64,000 nt of DNA from a virus, in IMG/VR virus record IMGVR_UViG_3300020455_000616, one strand, 5' to 3'. Numbering within the stretch: position 1 is the stretch's first letter; each line of letters starts with the position of its first letter. Positions 57,682 to 64,000 of this stretch are shown here, piece by piece. The notes beneath the pieces were generated by a model. That model had not been told where the DNA came from. It saw nothing but the letters and a program-made list of their open reading frames with translations, and did no database searches. Both the position numbers and the translations under genes were made by a program.

Positions 57682-57757
57682 AACATCTATTTAGTAATTG
57701 ATGTTACACTTTGTTATGATTGAATGACATAAGATGATTATAGCACATGACACACAT

Positions 57758-57916
57758 CTGGTCGAGACTTTATGAAGTAATATGACATGTGATACTAGTC
57801 GAGATTTCTGTGCGGTTATCCCTACTTGACTAATGATTGATTATTTTGGATATAATGACATGATATCTCGTCGAGATTTCTGTGATTTATGATGATATGA
57901 GGTCTCGTCGAGATTT
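57758..57916. repeat. Cluster of four GTCGAGA(T/C)TT motifs (iteron-like)
   Basis: Copies at 57761, 57798, 57870 and 57907; two more at 54843 and 54876. Confidence 0.8.
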
Positions 57917-58122
57917 GCTGACATCCCCTGTTATTTTTCTTCGCATCCCTTGACATTTTCGTGCGGTTGTGATAGGTCGCAGTCTAAGATCACAAGGATC
58001 TGACACCTATAAAATGATAGTAAAGGATAGTATCCTGAGAATGACTATCAATAAGCATACAAAACACGCATTTATATTTAAAATAACCTTTTTTATATAA
58101 AATAAATGTATTTCTGTATCAT

Positions 58123-58287
58123 TTAATACCTTTTGAACCTAATCTGTCTGTCTATACTATCTAACAATTCATCCATTGTTCGCAAGTCTATGTGTACTAA
58201 ATCTATGCCTTTATTCCACCTACTTTGCAATGGTGCTAACCCTCCTATAATTGGTGGTCTCCACCACATTGGTAGTCCATCATTCAT
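58123..58287 (-). CDS. 54-aa hypothetical protein
   Basis: MNDGLPMWWRPPIIGGLAPLQSRWNKGIDLVHIDLRTMDELLDSIDRQIRFKRY*. Confidence 0.5.
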   Translation of the reverse strand: MNDGLPMWWRPPIIGGLAPLQSRWNKGIDLVHIDLRTMDELLDSIDRQIRFKRY

Positions 58288-58311
58288 GCTGAATTCCCCT
58301 GTAAATGTCTC

Positions 58312-58491
58312 TCATTGACTTGCGATAAGTCCTACTATGAGTACCATGTAAATACTGTTCAAAAACAGTAAATTATATACGGTTTTCTTACTGATATTTA
58401 ACTTGTTCTTTAACCTGTATAATATCTGTACACACATCACCATAATGATGATGAATAACACTATGAGACTATCGGTTAATTCCCATATCAT
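58312..58491 (-). CDS. 59-aa two-TM membrane protein
   Basis: MIWELTDSLIVLFIIIMVMCVQILYRLKNKLNISKKTVYNLLFLNSIYMVLIVGLIASQ*; ATGA overlap. Confidence 0.55.
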   Translation of the reverse strand: MIWELTDSLIVLFIIIMVMCVQILYRLKNKLNISKKTVYNLLFLNSIYMVLIVGLIASQ

Positions 58492-59129
58492 ATGATATCA
58501 CCACTCACACATACTCTGTATAAGTTATGATTAGTTCTACTTGCATGTACTTCGTGCATCATTCGACTTGGGAAGAATAACATTGTATTCTCTGCACCAT
58601 CATGCATTTTTACATTTAACTTCTCTGGTAGTCCTATGATGTTACTATAGTGAAGTACAAAGTCACTACTCTCTGGATCTTCTAACTGTTCTACTTCATT
58701 GTTCGTTGGTACTTGTATCCATGCAGCAAAAGAGAATACACCATTGTGATAATGTGCAGGAGCATACTCATCTGGTGTGTTAATCCTTGCCCAGAATCTT
58801 TGCATCAGAGGTTTTTTATCTCCTTGTACCAAATGTTCAACTGCAAGATCAGACATGACACAATACTGAGTGATCACTGGTCTTATCACATCATTGAAGA
58901 ATTCATCATTCTCATCTACCAACTCCATCAAGTCATTGGTAAATGTTGGTTTACGATTGACAACTGCATCACCACTGAACTCTAATGTATTAATCCATTG
59001 CTTACCCATTGTGGGATGTACCTTCTCATTTGCTTTTTTGATATACTTGAATAAGAGTTTAACATGTTCATCACTGAGATCAACACTGAGTATCGGATAA
59101 TTTGGTACATCAAGTTTGCGTATCTTCAT
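58488..59129 (-). CDS. Putative 2OG-Fe(II) oxygenase
   Basis: WARIN...PAHYHNGVFSFAAWIQVP...FFPSRMMHEV...RVCVSGDI: HxH...H triad plus the 2OG-binding Arg. Confidence 0.8.
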   Translation of the reverse strand: MKIRKLDVPNYPILSVDLSDEHVKLLFKYIKKANEKVHPTMGKQWINTLEFSGDAVVNRKPTFTNDLMELVDENDEFFNDVIRPVITQYCVMSDLAVEHLVQGDKKPLMQRFWARINTPDEYAPAHYHNGVFSFAAWIQVPTNNEVEQLEDPESSDFVLHYSNIIGLPEKLNVKMHDGAENTMLFFPSRMMHEVHASRTNHNLYRVCVSGDII

Positions 59130-59509
59130 TATCTCTTATATGCTTTGATACTTGTAATCTTACCTTCTGTGTTAATATGAATTACATCGACCACTTCTAA
59201 TGACCATGTTAATGTCATCTGTGTATTACCATCATCATCTACTTCCTGCTTTGCTTCTGCGTTCTCTCCATCTATGACAATCTCACATGCAAACCAGTCC
59301 TTATCATTGCTATAAAAATATACTGGTTTAACTGTGATATACTTCACATTTGAGTATATGTCTTTAATTGCATCAAGTACATTCTCCTTACCTTCTACAT
59401 CAATGTTCCAATCACACAAATGAATATCTTCAGCAAATGACTCTGCCAACCCTTCAATATTCTGATTGCTAAAGTCTTTGAAGTACTGTAGCACTGTGTT
59501 AGTCATCAT
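59129..59509 (-). CDS. SnoaL/NTF2-like domain protein
   Basis: YFKDFSNQNIEGLAESFAEDIHLCDW...EGKENVL...VVDVIHINTEGKITSIKAY pattern. Confidence 0.75.
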   Translation of the reverse strand: MMTNTVLQYFKDFSNQNIEGLAESFAEDIHLCDWNIDVEGKENVLDAIKDIYSNVKYITVKPVYFYSNDKDWFACEIVIDGENAEAKQEVDDDGNTQMTLTWSLEVVDVIHINTEGKITSIKAYKR

Positions 59510-59652
59510 GATCTTCTCCTCCTACGTTTCTTTTTAAATAACCTTTGATAGATAGGTCTGACCAAAAACAGATCTATCAACTCATATAAAAATACAAATC
59601 CTAAGAATACTACCATTCCTACTATAACTATGTACTCAACGAGTTTCATCAT
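59506..59652 (-). CDS. 48-aa single-TM protein with polybasic tail (not in the ORF track)
   Basis: MMKLVEYIVIVGMVVFLGFVFLYELIDLFLVRPIYQRLFKKKRRRRRS*; ATGA overlap with the SnoaL-like gene. Confidence 0.6.
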   Translation of the reverse strand: MMKLVEYIVIVGMVVFLGFVFLYELIDLFLVRPIYQRLFKKKRRRRRS

Positions 59653-59929
59653 GATCTTCTACCTTTGTGAATGAACTATCATAGTTATGTCCTTTATGTG
59701 GCAACCATCCTGTGAATGTTGCTCTATGACTCTGTACACATATTGCTCCTGACCATGACACTGCACTAAGCGTCCCTCCACCATAGCAACTCTTTGTTTT
59801 TGTGAGATAATCTAACAAGTAATCCCATTCATCTGGGTTTATCTTGTGTTCTATCTCAACCAGTGCAATGATCCTATCCAAATCTTCTTTGGACATCAGT
59901 CGCATTACCTCTGATTTATCTCTGTTCAA
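59636..59929 (-). CDS. Hypothetical protein
   Basis: ORF track; downstream of a consensus promoter. Confidence 0.6.
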   Translation of the reverse strand: MNRDKSEVMRLMSKEDLDRIIALVEIEHKINPDEWDYLLDYLTKTKSCYGGGTLSAVSWSGAICVQSHRATFTGWLPHKGHNYDSSFTKVEDHDETR

Positions 59930-59950
59930 AGTCTCATACCCACTGCGTAT

Positions 59951-59978
59951 ATTATACTATCTCCTTCATTTTTGTCAA
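59951..59978 (-). promoter_or_regulatory. Consensus sigma70 promoter
   Basis: TTGACA-16 nt-TATAAT. Confidence 0.8.
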
Positions 59979-60054
59979 ACTTCCCTGTCGGGTCTTAAAG
60001 ATATTATAGAGTATCCCCAAGCAACCATACAAAGGTATGTATAACCCTGAGATT

Positions 60055-60312
60055 TTACACCTCTCGTAAACTGTACAGTTCAATGTACTGTTCGTAATGT
60101 TCGACCAATCCCTCTGTATCAGAGTGACTCATAATCCATGCATTGCTACACTCATAGACTGCTCGGTTATCCTCTCTGCCGACCTCATTGGCATGCTTGA
60201 GAAGTAAAATCAAACATTTTTGCCTGAGTTCTTCCTGTTCCTTAGTCCATTCATGTTGTGACATTAACATCCCTCCGACGAATGTACTCCATCCCACTCC
60301 TCTGTTACCCAA
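60055..60312 (-). CDS. Hypothetical protein (likely start MSQHEW)
   Basis: ORF track. Confidence 0.6.
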   Translation of the reverse strand: MGNRGVGWSTFVGGMLMSQHEWTKEQEELRQKCLILLLKHANEVGREDNRAVYECSNAWIMSHSDTEGLVEHYEQYIELYSLREV

Positions 60313-60617
60313 GGTGGGGTCTGGTCATTGTTAAAAATTGGCGTTTTCACATCCGTTTTCGGAGCGTTTTCTCTGAGTACTTCATCTAATCTATCTAAAT
60401 CTTTGCCGTTCTTTGCTTTTGCTGCTTTACTATGTCTCTTAATAACTGAATCAATTGGTTCGTTATTTGTATATGCTTCCTCTAAGACATAATCCAACTC
60501 TCTACTACCTGTGTATGTTGGAGTTGTTGGTTTATCTAAAATTGATAGTAATCTATCTAACTTAATGTTAATCGCTGCTAACTCCGAATCACTCATTGCC
60601 AGTCTCCTGTGTGTCAT
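60264..60617 (-). CDS. Hypothetical protein (likely start MSDSEL)
   Basis: ORF track. Confidence 0.65.
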   Translation of the reverse strand: MTHRRLAMSDSELAAINIKLDRLLSILDKPTTPTYTGSRELDYVLEEAYTNNEPIDSVIKRHSKAAKAKNGKDLDRLDEVLRENAPKTDVKTPIFNNDQTPPWVTEEWDGVHSSEGC

Positions 60618-60786
60618 GTGCTATATTTAGAGGATTCTCAGGAAGGGAGACTCTCATGTCCAATGTATATAAAATACGTCCAATCTGCCTATTGATCAGT
60701 GTAGTATTGTACTTGTTACCTAAATCGGTAAGTGCTTCTTCAATCAATTCAAATTGGTCTTGAGTTACAAACATGAGTTGCTCCAA
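60589..60786 (-). CDS. Hypothetical protein
   Basis: ORF track. Confidence 0.6.
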   Translation of the reverse strand: MEQLMFVTQDQFELIEEALTDLGNKYNTTLINRQIGRILYTLDMRVSLPENPLNIAHDTQETGNE

Positions 60787-60807
60787 ATAATTAAATGTTC
60801 AGGTGAG

Positions 60808-61059
60808 TTACTGCTCCCAGTACATAGCATTAAACTCTGCTATGTTAAGATAGTCATCATTATGACAATTTTGTAGAGAATCTACATCCTCTTCTCCATT
60901 ATCATTATATGGGATGAATACAAATTCTTCGCAGAAGTATTCAACTGCAATACCACCAAGTCGTTCACACGCTCGGAGCATATCACCTATCTCATGATCT
61001 TCCATACCACATATGTCAATGCAAAATGCGATATCACGTTCTAATTGAGTTTGAGACAT
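60808..61059 (-). CDS. Acidic hypothetical protein
   Basis: ORF track; ERLGGIAVEYFCEEF resembles ERLELTCDYYMREF in 56540-56707. Confidence 0.65.
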   Translation of the reverse strand: MSQTQLERDIAFCIDICGMEDHEIGDMLRACERLGGIAVEYFCEEFVFIPYNDNGEEDVDSLQNCHNDDYLNIAEFNAMYWEQ

Positions 61060-61077
61060 TGGATTTATGCAATGAAT

Positions 61078-61432
61078 AAAAAAAACAGCAAGGTCAAGAG
61101 GTGCTTCACCTGACTACATTAGACTTACAGGACGTAATTTCCCTGCTGAACAGAGACAACCATAGATCCTTGCAATGGACAGGTACTAACTCATGCTGCG
61201 GTTAGTGTGAGAGGAACGTGGGGCACTGATCTGGGTTTCACCCATGTTGCCCAAATTTACCCTATGGGAATCGCTTACACCTGAACCCCCAAACTTAATC
61301 GGGGCATAGGAACCACATAAGTTACCTCTGCGGTCATCAACTGGAGGGGAAGTCAATTACCTTAACGTCATGTCTCCGCTTCTCACCAAAAATGGAATGT
61401 CGGAGTAGTTAAGAACCTCACTTATGTTGATG
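61078..61432 (-). ncRNA. Candidate structured ncRNA of about 350 nt
   Basis: No minus-strand ORF longer than about 20 codons; TATAAT at 61438-61443; several stems; closing multi-stem followed by a U-run. Confidence 0.55.
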
Positions 61433-61437
61433 AACCT

Positions 61438-61475
61438 ATTATAACACAATAAAAAAGCATCCGTGAAGGATGCTT
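61438..61475 (-). promoter_or_regulatory. Terminator/promoter junction
   Basis: AAGCATCC/GGATGCTT stem (near-identical to 49834-49854), then a T-run, then TGTTATAAT. Confidence 0.75.
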
Positions 61476-61494
61476 AGGACAGTTTTATAATTGG

Positions 61495-62217
61495 TTACGG
61501 TGTGGGTGGTGTGTTAAAATTATATGGATGAAGTTTACCTGTATATTCAGGTTGTTCTCCTCCTGCTAATTCCTCTGGTGATACACCTCCAGTTCCATAC
61601 ATACCTGCTGGATTGCTCATAGAAGACGCTACAGCAACTGTTGATTCACCACTAACTCCAGTACTATATGTTCCGTAATACCCTGTAGGATTTGCTTCTG
61701 CTGATGGTACAGGAGGATTAGGATTAGTGAAGTCTGCTGTTGTAACTGGTTCAACATAATATGGTCCAGCAGCATCATGATCATAATATCCTGCTGGATA
61801 TGCGTCACTTGATGCTATACTGACCTCACCACACATTTTTGTATCAACATTAAATGTTTGTGCATCTGTATCTGCTATACTAACATGCACATCACTATGA
61901 CCATCAACAAAATATGCTGCTGTTGGATATGCTGCTGTATTACCAGCACCTGTTAATGTTATATCATCAGATGTAATGGTTACTGGATATGTACCTGTAG
62001 GTGCATCAAGCAGGTCAACTGCTCCACTAACCTTATCTACCTTTTGTCTATAATAGTCTAACTGACTATTCAATTCTGCTTTAAACTCATCAATAATAAC
62101 TTGTGCTGTTACTCCAGCATCACTCAAGTAGTCCGCAATAACAGATCTAAGTTTATCTCTTCTGTTATGTTCGTAATTTGACACTAACTGTTCCTCATTT
62201 GTCATGTTATCCACCAA
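61495..62217 (-). CDS. Hypothetical protein: N-terminal coiled coil plus low-complexity A/T/P/Y tail
   Basis: 240-aa ORF downstream of a consensus promoter. Confidence 0.7.
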   Translation of the reverse strand: MVDNMTNEEQLVSNYEHNRRDKLRSVIADYLSDAGVTAQVIIDEFKAELNSQLDYYRQKVDKVSGAVDLLDAPTGTYPVTITSDDITLTGAGNTAAYPTAAYFVDGHSDVHVSIADTDAQTFNVDTKMCGEVSIASSDAYPAGYYDHDAAGPYYVEPVTTADFTNPNPPVPSAEANPTGYYGTYSTGVSGESTVAVASSMSNPAGMYGTGGVSPEELAGGEQPEYTGKLHPYNFNTPPTP

Positions 62218-62231
62218 ATTAATACTAGGAC

Positions 62232-62260
62232 ATTATATAGACACTGGTGGAGTGTGTCAA
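62232..62260 (-). promoter_or_regulatory. Perfect consensus sigma70 promoter
   Basis: TTGACA-17 nt-TATAAT. Confidence 0.85.
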
Positions 62261-62273
62261 ATAATATTGTGTC

Positions 62274-62522
62274 CTAAAGTTGTTCTAATTCTTCAGCAAT
62301 AGCATATAATTCTTGTGTTGCTTTTAATGTAAGAGTATCACATTCATCAACTACTAATCTTATAAACTGTGCTAATGCCTTAGATCCTATTTTACTCTTA
62401 GGTAACTTAGTTGTACGTGATAACTCTCCAATGGTTCGCAAATAAGAATTCTGGAGAATCTCCGCTCTATGCATTTTTCCGTCCGATCCTAAACTCATGT
62501 TAATACACCAATGTAAACGCAC
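62274..62522 (-). CDS. Hypothetical protein (likely start MSLGSDG)
   Basis: ORF track. Confidence 0.5.
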   Translation of the reverse strand: MRLHWCINMSLGSDGKMHRAEILQNSYLRTIGELSRTTKLPKSKIGSKALAQFIRLVVDECDTLTLKATQELYAIAEELEQL

Positions 62523-63573
62523 GTTGGTCTGGATTATCTAATCCTACCCACTTATCATTTATAAAATGACCAGCAATGGTTGCAGTCTGGTCATAACCAT
62601 CCAAGTCCATTACTATTTGATCATCTATGCTATCTGCTACATGCGATCCTTGCATCCAATACTTAGGATACACTACCTTCTTGGTATTAGATAACTCAAC
62701 ACCCCAAACACTGAATGAACTGTTTGCCATTATATGATAGTCACACATGTGCATCATACACATATCATATGAATAGTTATACAAGTTATTTTTTATTTTA
62801 CGTTTACCAACTGCACTCATCTCCTTGACTATTTGTGATACTGGAACACCAGTTCTATCTGACATTATCTTCAACACCATCTTATAATAGAATCTACCTA
62901 TGCCACTCTCATCAACAATCTTTAACATCATCTGTGTCCAGTCACAGTTGACTACCTCATTGTTATTCTCAATGTCATGTACTAAATGGAATCGTGAACC
63001 AATAAACTTAGGATTATTCATTACATAATCCTTATCGTTAGTAAAGATTAGCACTGGTAAACCATCAGGCATTTGCTTTAGTGCATCCTCATAGTAATCA
63101 TCATCTATTAAGAACATGCCACTCTGTATATCCTCAAAATCTCCTCTTCTAACGTGCATAGAGATTACAGGAGTATCACCAAACTTATCCTCTTTAAACT
63201 TCTTACATGCGTCAGTTATCTCATCTCTAAATGTAAAATGCTGTTTAATATCTTTTATCTGTGTTGTGTCAATAGCATTAATTGGTGTGGGATATCCAAA
63301 CAAAGGAACATTATCCTCTACTCTTGCTAATACATCCTCAAACTGTTCATCATCTAAGAACTCTATTACCTTATCAATATTAACTTCTTTTGGATCTATC
63401 TCATCAAATACTAATGATTGGTATGTTGCTCTTAATGCTACTAGGTCATGCTTACCAACACCATACTTCAACCCTGAACGATTACATAATGCTCTCATCA
63501 TTGCATAACATGAGTGTTGATACCCAAGTCCAGTACCAGTCAATTGATGTTCTTCGTTTAATTTAAGTGCCAT
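62500..63573 (-). CDS. GT11-family glycosyltransferase (alpha-1,2-fucosyltransferase-like)
   Basis: ISMHVRRGDF motif, YYEDAL, IFTND, and IMANSSFSVWG...VVYPKYW. Confidence 0.85.
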   Translation of the reverse strand: MALKLNEEHQLTGTGLGYQHSCYAMMRALCNRSGLKYGVGKHDLVALRATYQSLVFDEIDPKEVNIDKVIEFLDDEQFEDVLARVEDNVPLFGYPTPINAIDTTQIKDIKQHFTFRDEITDACKKFKEDKFGDTPVISMHVRRGDFEDIQSGMFLIDDDYYEDALKQMPDGLPVLIFTNDKDYVMNNPKFIGSRFHLVHDIENNNEVVNCDWTQMMLKIVDESGIGRFYYKMVLKIMSDRTGVPVSQIVKEMSAVGKRKIKNNLYNYSYDMCMMHMCDYHIMANSSFSVWGVELSNTKKVVYPKYWMQGSHVADSIDDQIVMDLDGYDQTATIAGHFINDKWVGLDNPDQRAFTLVY

Positions 63574-63591
63574 AACAATATTTTTATGTAT

Positions 63592-64000
63592 TTAGAAGTA
63601 CAACTGCCAAACACCATCACATTTAACACCATGACCTTGAAGACTTACTCTCCTATCATTAAAGTCTGCATTATATGCTGGAGCAATTTGATGAACAAGT
63701 TTACCAATGAACCAAAACATCTCACCTGCTTTATATGGTACTACTGTTGGTTCATCATAATCACCCCACTTACTATAATCTAATTCCTTTATGTGCTTAG
63801 TGTATTTGTTATCAATCTCATACTGCTTCATTGACTCCTCTTCCCAAGTATTCAGACCACCACCATTCATAGGAACCTGAAGTGGTAGAGTAAATGATAG
63901 TGTATTCTCAAGATCTACTTCTTTAAAGTGACTCCATAAAAAGTCATGTTGCTCATGCTGTAAGTCAACATGTATAGTAGCACTTGGTTGCTCCATATAC
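63592..64000 (-). CDS. Putative 2OG-Fe(II) oxygenase, C-terminal part (probably extends beyond the window)
   Basis: IHVDLQ (HxD), SFTLPL, LVHQIAP and RRVSLQGHG; the frame is still open upstream of Met 63996. Confidence 0.7.
   Translation of the reverse strand, partial: YMEQPSATIHVDLQHEQHDFLWSHFKEVDLENTLSFTLPLQVPMNGGGLNTWEEESMKQYEIDNKYTKHIKELDYSKWGDYDEPTVVPYKAGEMFWFIGKLVHQIAPAYNADFNDRRVSLQGHGVKCDGVWQLYF

Noticed and set aside
63116-63783. Plus-strand ORFs opposite GT11 and the oxygenase
   Set aside because: Antisense shadows of well-supported genes.
1-64000. Prophage, diversity-generating retroelement or retron
   Set aside because: No integrase, att site, reverse transcriptase or host genes are visible; the organisation is that of a lytic T4-like phage.

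Overview
This is a 64-kb segment of an AT-rich T4-like cyanomyovirus genome (Prochlorococcus/Synechococcus myophage type; host assignment is inference). Positions 1-49.8 kb hold the late morphogenesis cluster, almost all on the minus strand: gp25, gp6, a 5564-aa gp7, gp8, a 2564-aa VrlC-like protein, gp13-gp20, gp21, gp22 and the 5' part of gp23, punctuated by (A/C)TAAATA late promoters. One plus-strand island interrupts it between portal and prohead protease: a 51-aa peptide ORF missed by the ORF track, translationally coupled to two paralogous cobalamin-binding radical SAM enzymes, converging on a cupin/oxygenase-like gene. This is the most unusual locus. Positions 50-64 kb are an early, hypervariable region of small minus-strand ORFs separated by repeated terminator/promoter junctions. 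It also carries two candidate structured ncRNAs, a tandem hairpin pair, an iteron-like repeat cluster, glycosyltransferases and 2OG-Fe(II) oxygenases. I saw no tRNA, CRISPR array, integrase or intein. All family assignments come from motif recognition by eye; no database searches were run.
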